IMG/VR virus record: IMGVR_UViG_3300049043_000188
Location: 56,673-120,672 of that record
Source: a virus
DNA length: 64,000 nucleotides
Reading direction: 5' to 3' (one strand)
A program made the translations under genes and the position numbers. This document shows, one piece after another, positions 1-11,637 of this stretch; the first letter of the stretch is position 1; every line of letters starts with the position of its first letter. The notes under the pieces are model-generated. The model was not told where the DNA came from, ran no database searches, and saw only the letters and a program-made list of their open reading frames with translations.

Positions 1-1
1 A

Positions 2-106
2 AGTAAAGGTCCAACAACAGTTAACAATGCACTTTTTGTTGGATCAACAGCAGATTTGGCAAAGTTTTTAAAACAACAATCTCAAACTAACAATGAAAAC
101 CTTTAA
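2..106 (+). CDS. gp16: terminase small subunit, C-terminal end (partial)
   Basis: Frame 2 reads SKGPTTVNNALFVGSTADLAKFLKQ...*. The NNALFVGST motif is typical of cyanophage gp16 C-termini, and the position upstream of gp17 fits. Confidence 0.75.
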   Translation, partial: SKGPTTVNNALFVGSTADLAKFLKQQSQTNNENL

Positions 107-248
107 ACAGTTCCAAGAAGACTGGACTAATAAATACAAAAAGAGTATTGATTGCTCTAATCCAAAAGGATTTTCTCAACGTGCTCATTGTGCGGGAAGA
201 AGAAAAAGAGCAAAAGGTGAAGAAACTAAATCAAAACCAATTGAGTAA
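93..248 (+). CDS. small phage protein with T4-type capsid-targeting N-terminus (MKTFKQFQE...), 51 aa
   Basis: ATG at 93, TAA at 246-248 overlapping the next ATG; MKTFKQFQEDWTNKYKKSIDCSNPKGFSQRAHCAGRRK. Confidence 0.7.
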   Translation: MKTFKQFQEDWTNKYKKSIDCSNPKGFSQRAHCAGRRKRAKGEETKSKPIE

Positions 249-2152
249 TGCCACAGATTAAGACACATAAAACAGTTGAGCAAATTGCCAAGAAGCATCG
301 TCTTGATGTGTCTTTTATACAAAAGCAACTTGATATGGGTGAACCAATTGAACACGAACATACAAAAGACCACGAATTAGCAACTGATATTGCTCTGCAG
401 CATCTTGATGAAATTCCAGATTATTATACTCGTTTGAAAAAAATGGAAGCAGATGCTAAAAAAGAACATAAAAAGTTCAAGGACGTGAAAGAAGAAACCA
501 AATCGGGAGATCAGGGTCTTCGTGACTGGTTTGGTAAATCCAAATCTTCTGATGGTAAAAAAGGATGGGTTCAGTTAGGAGGAAAATGGTCCGGCAAACC
601 TTGTGCTCGTCAACCAGGACAAACTTCTACACCTAAATGTGGCAGCTCAAAAATGAAAAGAGATCTTTCTAAAGATGAAGAGGAAACAGCAAGAAAAAGA
701 AAAAATAGACTAGATCCAGACCAACCACAAAAAACTGGTGGTGCCAAACCAACTAACGTAAGAACTGAAGAAATGGATTTACAAGAAGTCAAAGATAAAC
801 CAGGAAAAGGTAGTGGTAAAAAAGATGCCTGCTATCATAAAGTAAAGTCAAGATATTCAGTTTGGCCAAGTGCGTATGCATCAGGAGCACTGGTCAAGTG
901 TCGTAAAGTTGGTGCTGCAAACTGGGGAACAAAATCGGAGGAAACAATGCACGAAGAAGAAAGATATTGTCCTTTATGCGACAAAAGAGAGACAAGATCC
1001 GAATGTTCTTATGGTGGAAAAGCCTGGGATAAAGTTTCTGTAAAAGATCATGAATACTCAATGGTACGATCAGAACTTCAAACTATTATGAGATGCTGCA
1101 GAAGAGATTGTCAGACAAAAGTTGGTCAAAGGGTGAAGGTAGATATTAGAAGCATGGGTTCAATCAAAAATTACTAAAGCAGCAGATTATATTGATACTG
1201 CAGCAGATTATGTTGATAGTGGTGAAATGGAAGAGGCAGTAGGTTAAACTATCAATCCATCTGCTCATAACAGTTGCACAAAAAAGAGAAAAAATTAGAG
1301 CACTGACAAATCAAGGTATTGGTGGTGAAAAAGATGTTGCAAAGACAAAATTAGGACAAAATAGCAGAACTTCCAAAAATAAAAGAAGAAAATTTAGTAG
1401 ATAAAATTACAAAAGAGATTCTTGATGAAAAATGTTGGCCTGGATATAAAAAGAAGGGAATGAAAACAATGTTTGGAAAAAGATATCCAAATTGCGTAAA
1501 AGCAGAGGAAAGTATTACTATTGAAGATGCTGATGGTAATACTTTTGTCGAGGTTGTAGATTTAATTAAACCAGAACCAATCAAATCGCAAATAAAAGAA
1601 GCAACAAGACTTCAAGCACAAAGCGGAAATATTATTGCAATTACTCTTTTATGGAGAGGAAAATATTATGCAATTCGCATGTTTTTTCCACAAACAAAAC
1701 TTCCATCACGTCAAGAAGTAACAGATGAGATTCAAAAAGTTTATCCTGGTGGAAGAGTTGTTCATCATTCAGTATCAGAATTCACTCCAGGACAACCATT
1801 GATACAAGCAGGACTTCAAGGTGGATCATTAGCATTTCCTGGTCCATCAAAAAAATATGTAAAACCTTACGGAGAGCAAGTTGAATTTTATGAAGATTGG
1901 CAGTCAGTTAATCGTAAAGATAAAACTGATGGATTGAGCCAAAAGGCAGTTGATGCATATCGTCGTGAAAATCCAGGTTCAAAACTGCAAACTGCTGTAA
2001 CTGAAAAGAAACCAACAGGAAAAAGAGCAAAACGTCGGGCATCATTTTGTCGCAGAATGAAAGGTATGAAGTCTAAACTGACTTCTGCAAAAACTGCAAG
2101 AGATCCAGATTCAAGAATCAATAAAGCCCTTCGTCGATGGAACTGCAACTAA
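248..2152 (+). CDS. modular basic cyanophage hypothetical protein, probably a single ORF broken by read errors at about 1090-1380
   Basis: ORFs 248..1177 and 1460..2152 carry short modules common in cyanophages (EHEHT..IALQHLDEIPDYYTRL; KKDACYHKVKSRYSVWPSAYASGALVKCRK; KCWPGYKK..PNCVK; SFCRRMKGMK..DPDSRINKALRRWNC). Confidence 0.6.
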
Positions 2153-2158
2153 TTTATT

Positions 2159-3804
2159 ATGAGTGACGTATATCTCGGCAATCCACTTCTAAAAAAGCAA
2201 ATACACCAATTCAATTTACAGAAGAACAAATTATAGAATTTGTTAAATGCAAAGACGATCCCGTGTATTTTGCTAAAAACTATGTTCAAATAGTTACTTT
2301 AGATCATGGATTACAACCTTTTAGAATGTATCCATTCCAAGAGAAGTTAGTCGAGAGGTTTCATAAACATAGATTTAACATCTGCAAGATGCCCCGACAA
2401 ACGGGAAAATCTACAACTGTTGTTTCTTTTCTTTTACATTATGCAGTATTTAATGACAATGTAAATATTGGTATTCTTGCAAACAAAGCAGCAACAGCAA
2501 GAGAACTTTTAGATCGTTTGCAAACAGCATATGAAAATCTACCAAAATGGATGCAGCAGGGAATTATCTCTTGGAACAAAGGTTCTTTGGAATTGGAAAA
2601 TGGAAGTAAAATCTTGGCTGCTTCTACTTCTGCTTCTGCGGTTCGTGGTATGTCTTTCAATATCCTCTTTTTGGACGAATTTGCGTTCGTTCCAAATCAC
2701 ATCGCAGATTCTTTCTTTGCATCGGTTTATCCTACGATTACTGCAGGTAAAAATACAAAGGTAATTATTGTTTCCACACCACACGGTATGAATCATTTTT
2801 ACCGTATGTGGCATGATGCTGAACGAGGTAAAAATGAATATATTTTTACAGATGTTCATTGGAGCGAAGTTCCTGGAAGAGATGAGGTATGGAAAGCACA
2901 AACTATAGCAAACACTTCAGAACAACAATTCAAAGTTGAATTTGAGTGTGAATTTCTAGGATCGGTTGATACTCTTATTGCACCAAGTAAACTTAGAAAT
3001 CTTGTATATGATGCTCCTAAGACCCGTAGTGCTGGTTTAGATGTTTATGAGGATCCTATAAAAGATCACGATTACCTTATCACTGTAGACGTTGCTAGAG
3101 GTGTAGGAAATGATTACTCAGCTTTCACTGTAGTTGATATAACACAATTTCCTCATAAAGTTGTAGCAAAATATAGAAACAATGAAATCAAACCAATGCT
3201 ATTTCCAAGTGTCATAGAAGAAATTGGTAAAAGTTATAATGAGGCATATATTCTATGTGAAGTAAATGATGTTGGAGACCAGGTTGCTAGTATTCTTCAA
3301 TACGATTTAGAATATAAAAATCTTTTAATGTGCTCTATGAGGGGAAGAGCAGGACAAATTGTAGGGCAAGGATTTTCTGGAAAGAAAACTCAACTTGGAG
3401 TTAAAATGTCCAAAACTGTAAAAAAAGTTGGATGTTTAAACCTCAAAACAATGATTGAGGAAGATAAGTTATATCTAAATGATTATGAAATAATATCGGA
3501 ACTTACAACATTTATTCAAAAACATAATTCATTTGAGGCAGAGGAGGGATGCAATGATGATCTTGCAATGTGCCTTGTAATTTATGCGTGGTTAGTTGCT
3601 CAAGATTATTTCAAAGAACTTACTGATCAAGATGTTAGAAAAAGATTATATGAAGAGCAAAAAAATCAAATTGAACAAGATATGGCGCCATTTGGGTTTG
3701 TTTCTGATGGATTAGATGATACTAGTTTTGTAGACGGCGACGGAGATAGATGGTTTGTGGACGAATACGGAGATCGTTCTTATATGTGGGAATACTTATC
3801 ATAA
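2159..3804 (+). CDS. gp17: terminase large subunit (frameshift near the 5' end, likely read error)
   Basis: MSDVYLGNPLLKK start at 2159; Walker A PRQTGKST, Walker B FLDEFAF, nuclease motifs VDVARG and NDDLAM. Confidence 0.97.
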
Positions 3805-4034
3805 TGGAATTGGACAAACAAATAAAATTAGGGCATTTGTTACTTGTAGATAGAAAATGTAGAGTATGTAATGAAGTGAAAAATTTAATAGACGGATTTT
3901 ATCAAACTCGCAAAAATAAAGGACACGTATCTTCTTCATATTCATATGAATGTAAAGAATGCACAACAAAAAGAATAATTAATTCAAGAAAAAATAATAA
4001 ATTTACATCTAAATGGGAATATCCTGACTGGTAA
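3804..4034 (+). CDS. small CxxC...CxxC zinc-binding phage protein
   Basis: ATG overlaps the gp17 stop; RKCRVC...YECKEC...WEYPDW. Confidence 0.7.
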   Translation: MELDKQIKLGHLLLVDRKCRVCNEVKNLIDGFYQTRKNKGHVSSSYSYECKECTTKRIINSRKNNKFTSKWEYPDW

Positions 4035-4074
4035 ATTGTTCACTACATATTTCCCGTGTGTAAAGTACATTTTT

Positions 4075-4082
4075 AATAAATA
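4075..4082 (+). promoter_or_regulatory. T4-type late promoter (AATAAATA)
   Basis: NATAAATA box about 35 nt upstream of the gp18 ATG, with GGAG RBS. Confidence 0.6.
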
Positions 4083-4117
4083 TTTTTTAGATAAACTGAG
4101 ATTTAACGGAGAAAAAC

Positions 4118-6300
4118 ATGGCGACTCCTCAATTATCTCCTGGTGTATTAGTCAGGGAGGTTGATTTAACGGTAGGAAGAGCTGATAATGTTTTAGATAA
4201 CATTGGTGCAATTGCAGGACCTTTCCCAATTGGACCAGTTGATTACCCAATTGATATCACTACAGAGCAAGATCTTATTAATGTTTTTGGTAAACCCATC
4301 TCAACAGATGCTCAGTATGAGTATTGGATGAGTGCATCATCTTACCTATCATATGGTGGGGTCTTAAAAGTTGTGAGAACAAGTGGTTCAACCTTGAACA
4401 ATGCTAATGCTGGAGTTGGAATCGCATCAACAACTAGTTTACAAATAGATAATTACGACGATTATACAAATAATCATTCTGATGCAACAAACTATACATA
4501 TTCAACTAAAAATCCAGGATCTTGGGGAAATGGTCTTAAAGTTTGCTTTATCGATGATCTAGCAGATCAAACTTTAGGTATTACGACAACAAGTCTTGTT
4601 TCCCTTGGTGCTACAGTTGGATATGGTGTAACCGTAGCATTAAGTAATGTAGTAATTGCAGGTTCTGGAAGCACTTCAACTTTTACAGGATACTTAAAAG
4701 GTATTATTACTGGAGTTACCACTGATTCAACAAATTCAAACAGCACAATTGACGTAAAGATCGTCTCAAGAGTTTCTAGTGCAGGAACTGAAACAAAAAT
4801 TGATTATGCTGAAGGATCAACAATTGCTGCTTTTACTGCTTCTAGTACAATTAGATTTATCAATAATTCTGGGGCACAATCTGGAACTGCAACAGTTGCC
4901 TCTGTTTCTGACTGGTATGGAAATCAAACTCTCGGATTAACAAACTCAACTGTATATTGGAAATCAATTGCACCAAAACCAGTTTCTACCAGATATTCTA
5001 TTGATAGAAATGGTGAAGGTGATGGTCTTCATATTGCAGTTGTTGATGACCTAGGTACTATTACTGGAAATCAAGGAACAATTATTGAAAAGCATCTTGG
5101 ACTTTCAAAAGCATTAGATGCTATTTCTGCAGTTAATTCTCCTCAAAAGATTTGGTATAAACAATATCTTGCAGATTTTTCTGCCCAAATTTATGCAGGA
5201 AATAATCCATCTAGTGCTGCTGACTCTTATTGGGGAACAACACCAAGAGCAACTGGATTTTCTACTGCCTTTACTGCAATAACAACAGCAGGTGGTCTTT
5301 GGGGTCAAAATGCACAAGACATAACATTTAATGCAATTGGAAATAAAACTTATACTCTGAGTGGTGGTGTTGATTATTCTGCCTCAGGTGGGATGAAGGC
5401 AACTCTTGGAAATTTAACTACTTCATACAATCTTTTCTCAAATAGAGACGAAATTCAAGTAGATTATTTAATTATGGGTCCTGGTTTAGATTCTGAATCT
5501 GATTCACAAGCAAAAGCAAATTATCTAATTTCTCTTGCAGGAAACAGACAAGATTGTATGGCTGTATTGGACCTCATAGAGCAAACTTAATTGGAATTAC
5601 AAATACCACAACACAAACAACAAATCTTATTAAGTACTTTAGTCCACTTTCATCTTCATCATATGCAGTCTTTGATAGTGGATATAAGTATACTTACGAT
5701 AGATTTAACAACAAGTTTGTTTATATTCCTTGCAATGCTGATATTGCCGGATTAATGACCAGAACAAATATCGTTGCATATCCTTGGTTCTCTCCTGCTG
5801 GTCAGCAAAGAGGAATTTTAAATAATGCTATCAAACTTGCGTACAATCCAAGCAAGGCGCAAAGAGATCAACTTTACCCATTGAGAATTAATTCAATTGT
5901 AACTCAACCTGGAATTGGAACTCTTCTGTTTGGCGATAAAACTGCTCTTGCTTATGCATCAGCATTTGATAGAATTAATGTTCGTCGTTTGTTCTTAACT
6001 ATCGAACAGTCACTTCAAAGAGCTGCTCAAGCACAACTCTTTGAACTAAATGATGAACTTACAAGAGCAAACTTTAAGAATATTGTTGAACCTTACCTCC
6101 GTGATGTTCAAGCAAAGAGAGGATTGTATGGATTCCTAGTTGTCTGCGATACATCAAACAATACTCCTGATGTGATTGATAATAATGAATTTAGAGCAGA
6201 CATTTATCTGAAGCCTGCTAAGTCAATTAATTATGTAACTTTAACTTTTGTTGCTACGAGAACTGGTATCTCGTTTGAAGAAGTAGCAGGGACAGTTTGA
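4118..6300 (+). CDS. gp18: tail sheath protein (frameshift at about 5570)
   Basis: SPGVLVREVDLT N-terminus; PWFSPAG and FDRINVRRLF C-terminal sheath motifs. Confidence 0.97.
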
Positions 6301-6332
6301 TTTAATTAAAACACAACAAGGAGGACTCAAAA

Positions 6333-6902
6333 ATGGCACACACTATTCAGGATTTTAAAACTGCACTTAAAGGAGGCGGTGCTCGCCCCAATCTATTTGA
6401 GGTTGTTCTAACAAATTTTCCAGGTGGCGCAGCGTTTGATTCCACAGAATTTTCAGTTCTGTGCAAAGCAGCAAACTTACCCGCATCAAACATTGCATCA
6501 ATTGATGTTCCCTTTAGAGGCAGAACCTTTAAGGTAGCAGGTGATCGTACATTTGATACTTGGCAAATCACCGTTATTAACGATGAAGACTTCAAGATTA
6601 GAACTGCAATGGAATCTTGGATGCAATTTGTTGGGCAATATGCAGATGGAAGTGGTGCAACCAGTCCAAATACTTATATGGTAGATGCTCTTGTTAAACA
6701 ATTAAAGAGACTTCCAAGTAATGTTGGCGGAAACAATGCAACTGGATCAGGACTAGATATTGCTAAGCAGTATAAATTCTATAGCATTTTCCCAACCAAC
6801 ATCTCTGCTATTGATCTTTCATATGATACTGCAGACACAATTGAAGAATTTACTGTAGAATTCCAAGTTCAATACTGGACTCCATATACAGGAGAAAATT
6901 GA
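6333..6902 (+). CDS. gp19: tail tube protein
   Basis: GGGARPNLFEV, VPFRGR..AGDRTFDTW, IEEFTVEFQVQYW; AGGAGG RBS. Confidence 0.96.
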   Translation: MAHTIQDFKTALKGGGARPNLFEVVLTNFPGGAAFDSTEFSVLCKAANLPASNIASIDVPFRGRTFKVAGDRTFDTWQITVINDEDFKIRTAMESWMQFVGQYADGSGATSPNTYMVDALVKQLKRLPSNVGGNNATGSGLDIAKQYKFYSIFPTNISAIDLSYDTADTIEEFTVEFQVQYWTPYTGEN

Positions 6903-6937
6903 TAGAATAAATATATTAAAGAATCAAAAAATAAATT

Positions 6938-8632
6938 ATGGCAAAGTTGTTTGGATTTTCTATTGAAGATAGTGAATCAATATCTCCAGGTGTAGTTTCT
7001 CCCGTTGCTCCTAATAATGAGGACGGGAGTGATTTTTATTTAACAAGTGGATTTTTTGGGTCATATGTAGACATTGAGGGTGTTTATAGAACCGAATTTG
7101 ATTTAATTAAAAGATATCGTGAAATGGCACTTCATCCAGAGTGCGATAGTGCCATTGAAGACATTGTAAACGAAGCAATTGTAAGTGATACAAATGACAG
7201 TCCTGTATCAATTGAGTTGTCAAATCTCAATGCAAGCGATGGAATAAAGAAAAAAATTAGAGAAGAATTTAAACATATTCTAGAACTATTAGATTTTGAT
7301 AGGAAGTCACACGAAATCTATAGAAACTGGTATGTTGATGGTAGATTGTATTACCACAAAGTAATTGATTTAAAAAATCCACACGAAGGTATTCAAGAAC
7401 TTCGTTACATAGATGCAATGAAAATGCGTTTTGTTCGTCAACAAAAACAAACAGAAAAAGATAAAAAAATCTATAGATTGGCAAACGTTAATATTGATGA
7501 TCCAATGAATTATGAATTCCCTGAAATAGAGGAATATTTTGTATATAATCCAAAAATGACTTATCCCACCACAAACCCGTCTTCTTTGGGTGGAACTGGT
7601 GGAATTAAGTTTTCAAGAGATTCTATTACTTATTGCACTTCTGGTTTAGTAGATCGTAATAAAGGATCAACCCTTTCTTATCTTCACAAAGCAATTAAGT
7701 CTCTCAATCAATTAAGAATGATTGAAGACTCTTTAGTTATTTACAGACTTTCTCGTGCTCCAGAAAGAAGAATTTTCTATATTGATGTTGGCAATCTTCC
7801 AAAAGTAAAAGCAGAACAATATCTTCGTGATGTAATGATGCGTTATAGAAACAAAATGGTTTATGATGCTGCTACTGGAGAAATTCGTGATGATAAAAAA
7901 TTTATGAGTATGCTTGAAGATTTTTGGCTTCCAAGAAGAGAAGGTGGTCGAGGAACTGAAATTTCTACTCTTCCTGGTGGACAAAATCTTGGAGAAATTA
8001 CTGATATCGAATACTTTAAGAAAAAACTATATCGGTCACTAAACGTTCCACCATCAAGAATGGATGGAGAAGGAGGGTTTAATCTTGGTCGGTCATCAGA
8101 AATTCTTCGTGATGAAGTTAAGTTCAGCAAGTTTGTTGCTCGTTTGAGAAAAAGATTTTCTCATATGTTTAATGATATGCTTAAAACTCAATTAATTCTT
8201 AAAAACATTATTACTCCCGAAGATTGGGAATTAATGGATGAGCATATTCAATATGATTTTCTTTATGATAATCATTTTGCAGAACTTAAAGATGCTGAAC
8301 TTTTAAATGAAAGATTGAGTATGGTTCAAATTGCAGAACCATACGTTGGAAAATATTTTTCGCAAGATTACGTAAGACGTAAAATTCTTCGTCAAACCGA
8401 TGAAGAAATCTTAGAGCAGGATAAAATTATCAAAAAAGAAATTAAAGATGGAGTAATTCCAGACCCCAATGCACCAGTCGATCCTATGACCGGTATGCCA
8501 TTAGAACCTAATCAACAACCATCTGGAATGGACTTAGGCAAACCAGTAATGGAACCAAATCTTGACTCTCAAGGTTCTGCAACCGAAGTTGATGGAAAAA
8601 TTGCAGAGATGCCCAAGGGTGGAGAGATATAA
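6938..8632 (+). CDS. gp20: portal vertex protein
   Basis: RAPERRIFYIDVGNLPK, EDFWLPRREGGRGTEI; late promoter AATAAATA at 6906-6913. Confidence 0.98.
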   Translation: MAKLFGFSIEDSESISPGVVSPVAPNNEDGSDFYLTSGFFGSYVDIEGVYRTEFDLIKRYREMALHPECDSAIEDIVNEAIVSDTNDSPVSIELSNLNASDGIKKKIREEFKHILELLDFDRKSHEIYRNWYVDGRLYYHKVIDLKNPHEGIQELRYIDAMKMRFVRQQKQTEKDKKIYRLANVNIDDPMNYEFPEIEEYFVYNPKMTYPTTNPSSLGGTGGIKFSRDSITYCTSGLVDRNKGSTLSYLHKAIKSLNQLRMIEDSLVIYRLSRAPERRIFYIDVGNLPKVKAEQYLRDVMMRYRNKMVYDAATGEIRDDKKFMSMLEDFWLPRREGGRGTEISTLPGGQNLGEITDIEYFKKKLYRSLNVPPSRMDGEGGFNLGRSSEILRDEVKFSKFVARLRKRFSHMFNDMLKTQLILKNIITPEDWELMDEHIQYDFLYDNHFAELKDAELLNERLSMVQIAEPYVGKYFSQDYVRRKILRQTDEEILEQDKIIKKEIKDGVIPDPNAPVDPMTGMPLEPNQQPSGMDLGKPVMEPNLDSQGSATEVDGKIAEMPKGGEI

Positions 8633-8635
8633 ATA
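8628..8635 (+). promoter_or_regulatory. T4 late promoter TATAAATA
   Basis: Exact consensus overlapping the gp20 stop, upstream of the 8663 ORF. Confidence 0.75.
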
Positions 8636-8662
8636 AAAACGATTAACAATAGGTATTAAAAA

Positions 8663-8836
8663 ATGGATGATCTTCTGGATATGATTGTTGGTGATGAATC
8701 ACCATCTCAAGTTAGTGATAAAATTAAAGAACTTCTTTTTGCAAAATCTGCAGAAAAAATTGATTCTTTTCGCCCAGCAGTAGCAACATCAATGTTTGGG
8801 GAAGAAGAACTAGAATATGAAGATGGAGAAGAGTAA
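8663..8836 (+). CDS. small acidic head-region protein, 57 aa (gp67-like position)
   Basis: MDDLLDMIVGDESPSQVSDKIKELLFAKSAEKIDSFRPAVATSMFGEEE..., directly after the portal gene. Confidence 0.7.
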   Translation: MDDLLDMIVGDESPSQVSDKIKELLFAKSAEKIDSFRPAVATSMFGEEELEYEDGEE

Positions 8837-8839
8837 TAG

Positions 8840-9703
8840 GTGGATGACTTTGGAGTTAATATAGATTTATCTGATTTCTTTTCTACTATAAGTAACGAAA
8901 AGAAAAAGAAAAAAGAAGAGTTTAACTCAATTGTCGGTGAAATAAATTTAAATAATATTTTTGAAGAAGTATCTACTTTAAAAAAAGAAAATAAAGAAAA
9001 AAAAATAAAAGAAGAAGAAACTCTGATTGCTTTTGAGTCTCTTCTTTTGTCAGAAAAACAACCAAAAACCAAGAAAAAGAAAGTAGAAAAAATTGCAGAA
9101 GAACTCACTAAACAAAAAAATATTACAGAAAAATCTTTAGGAATTCTTTCAGAACCATCTGAAATAAAACAACAAACGGACCCTCTTACTCCATTAAATC
9201 AAAACTTTGCAACTCTTGATGATTTACAAAATCACTATAAATTATTCTTAAATAGAATCCAACAACAACTCTCCACATTAGGTGGAGGTGGTGAAACTCG
9301 TTTAGAGTTTTTAGATGATGTTGATAGAGACTCTGCAAAAAGAGATAATTATTTTCTCAAGTATGATGCTAACATTAATAAGTGGGTTGGTGATGATGGT
9401 GGTGGAGTTGGTATTACCAGTATTGTTTTTATTACTGGTATAACCTCTTATTATTCTGCAACAAAAGATGTTGATTATATCGGAGTAAGTGCTGATGTTC
9501 CTGTAATAATTGATTTGCCTTCAAATGCCTCAGCGGGAAAACAAATTATAGTAAAGGATGAAGGTAATAAAATATCTACATATAATATCACAGTTCGTGC
9601 TGGTATCGGTGCGAGTGTTGAAAATAGTGATTCGGTAATTATGAAAATCAATCACGAAAGTTTTACTTATTTTTATAATGGTTACAACTGGTATATCGTA
9701 TAA
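8840..9703 (+). CDS. hypothetical virion-associated protein with C-terminal beta-rich fibre/baseplate-like domain
   Basis: 287-aa ORF; charged N-terminus, GGGGETRLEFLDDVD linker, C-terminal IDLPSNASAGKQIIVKDE...YNGYNWYIV. Confidence 0.65.
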   Translation: MDDFGVNIDLSDFFSTISNEKKKKKEEFNSIVGEINLNNIFEEVSTLKKENKEKKIKEEETLIAFESLLLSEKQPKTKKKKVEKIAEELTKQKNITEKSLGILSEPSEIKQQTDPLTPLNQNFATLDDLQNHYKLFLNRIQQQLSTLGGGGETRLEFLDDVDRDSAKRDNYFLKYDANINKWVGDDGGGVGITSIVFITGITSYYSATKDVDYIGVSADVPVIIDLPSNASAGKQIIVKDEGNKISTYNITVRAGIGASVENSDSVIMKINHESFTYFYNGYNWYIV

Positions 9704-10335
9704 TGTCTTATAATCCATTCCCACAACCAGCAGATGTAGTAGTTAATACTGGTATAGGAACATCTGCAGTAAGTATTGCAAATCCATTTCCAGTATCAAT
9801 AGGAAGTTCAACTATTACTGTTGTTACAACACAAAAATCTGGAGATTATCATTCTTTTAACAATCACGACACAAATGTTCATCGTGGTTGGACTATGGAC
9901 GATACTATGCGTCCCGTGATTAGTATCAGAACTAATCCAGTAGGATTTACTTCATCGCAATTATCAGAGATTGCTGAATATGAAATTGGTAATAATAATG
10001 CAAATCAAAGCACTATCATTTATGAGTGGTATGAGGGTGATATAACTATTGTTGGATTGGGTTCAACAACTTCTTGGACTAATGTTGGATCTAGATTACA
10101 ATATAGAGTTTATCAAGACAAATATAGCACTAATCCATCAAACACTTTTACTCAAAATTCTGCTCTTATGAGACATAGTGGAATTATTATAGGAAAAAAT
10201 AGTATTGGTGATGAAGGTCCAGCGGAACTATATGGTGGAGCATCTCCAAATGTATTGACTTTATGTATGAAGAGAGTTGATAGTGGAACTAAATTAGATG
10301 TCTGGTTTGCATTTACATTAAAAGAGTATTCATAA
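9703..10335 (+). CDS. hypothetical structural protein
   Basis: 210-aa ORF translationally coupled to the previous gene. Confidence 0.65.
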   Translation: MSYNPFPQPADVVVNTGIGTSAVSIANPFPVSIGSSTITVVTTQKSGDYHSFNNHDTNVHRGWTMDDTMRPVISIRTNPVGFTSSQLSEIAEYEIGNNNANQSTIIYEWYEGDITIVGLGSTTSWTNVGSRLQYRVYQDKYSTNPSNTFTQNSALMRHSGIIIGKNSIGDEGPAELYGGASPNVLTLCMKRVDSGTKLDVWFAFTLKEYS

Positions 10336-10386
10336 TTAGAAAATTTATTAATTTAATAAATAACTATTAAATGTATTATAAGAATA

Positions 10387-10935
10387 ATGACTCATAGACC
10401 AGTTGGTGCTGGTTCCTCATTTGCATTTACTGCTGGAACTGCTACCACATCATCTGCATTTTCTGTCCAATCAGACACTTTGAGAGTTGTTGCAACTGCT
10501 GCAGCATTTATTTCTGTTGGCGCAACACCTTCAGCAACTGCATCCGATTATTATGTTTTGGCAAATACTCCAGCAACTCTTGCTTTAACAAAAGCATCAA
10601 ACAGAGTTGTTGGTGTAACAACGGGTACAACAACAATTGTTACAGTTCCAGAAGGAACTCAAGTTCCATTTGGTGTTGGTGATTATGTAACACTTACTGC
10701 AAGTGGCCAGTCATATTACAACTTTACTCATCAAAGAGTAATTTCGGTTGATACCACTTCAAATGTAGGTGGTTATTATCAAACAAGAATGACTGTCGAT
10801 TATAACTCAAGTGGTATTGTTACTGCCTTTGCTCCAACAGATGCAACTGTTAGTGCTTCAAATAAAGTTTCTGCTTATGGTGTGGGGGCAGGAGCACTTT
10901 ATTATCAACAAGTACAACTCACAGGGCAAGCATAA
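10387..10935 (+). CDS. T/S/A/G-rich virion structural protein
   Basis: 182-aa ORF preceded by a late promoter AATAAATA at 10355-10362; coupled to gp21. Confidence 0.7.
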   Translation: MTHRPVGAGSSFAFTAGTATTSSAFSVQSDTLRVVATAAAFISVGATPSATASDYYVLANTPATLALTKASNRVVGVTTGTTTIVTVPEGTQVPFGVGDYVTLTASGQSYYNFTHQRVISVDTTSNVGGYYQTRMTVDYNSSGIVTAFAPTDATVSASNKVSAYGVGAGALYYQQVQLTGQA

Positions 10936-11582
10936 TGAAACTCATCACAGAAGAAATTGAATCAGTAGAAGTTATCACAGAAAGTGTAAATGGTAAGAAA
11001 AATCTTTTTATTAAAGGAATTTTTCTCCAAAGTGAGTGTGTCAATCGAAATGGAAGAAGATATCCTTTTTCTATTATGGAAAGAGAAGTGAAGAGATATA
11101 CCGATCAATATGTAAATAAAGGTCGTGCTTTAGGCGAACTTGGCCATCCAGATGGACCCACAGTAAATCTTGATAGAGTTTCTCATCGAATCACTGAACT
11201 TTATCGTGACGGAAATAATTTCATTGGTAAGGCACAAATTTTATCAACCCCAATGGGAAAAATTGCAGAGTCACTTTTAAAAGAAGGTGTTTGTCTTGGA
11301 GTTTCTTCTCGGGGTGTTGGATCACTAAGAGAAACCCGTGAAGGATATAGAGAAGTTGGTGAAGATTTTATGCTTGCAACAGCTGCTGATATTGTTGCCG
11401 ATCCTTCTGCTCCTGATGCGTTCGTTCAGGGAATTATGGAAGGAGTTGAGTGGATTTATGATGCATCAAGAAATGATTGGTTAATTGAGAGCACACAGAA
11501 AAAAATTAATAATTTAGTTAATCAACGTATTCTTGAAGAATATAAATTAGCAACATTTAATGAATTTATAAACTCTTTGTAA
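10935..11582 (+). CDS. gp21: prohead core protease
   Basis: MKLITE, ALGELGHP, GVSSRGVGS, DIVADPSAPDAFV. Confidence 0.97.
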   Translation: MKLITEEIESVEVITESVNGKKNLFIKGIFLQSECVNRNGRRYPFSIMEREVKRYTDQYVNKGRALGELGHPDGPTVNLDRVSHRITELYRDGNNFIGKAQILSTPMGKIAESLLKEGVCLGVSSRGVGSLRETREGYREVGEDFMLATAADIVADPSAPDAFVQGIMEGVEWIYDASRNDWLIESTQKKINNLVNQRILEEYKLATFNEFINSL

Positions 11583-11592
11583 ATTCTTAAAT

Positions 11593-11600
11593 TATAAATA
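11593..11600 (+). promoter_or_regulatory. T4 late promoter TATAAATA
   Basis: Exact consensus upstream of gp22. Confidence 0.8.
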
Positions 11601-11637
11601 AATATAGATTTACTACAGGAAAAATCGGAGAGTTCAA

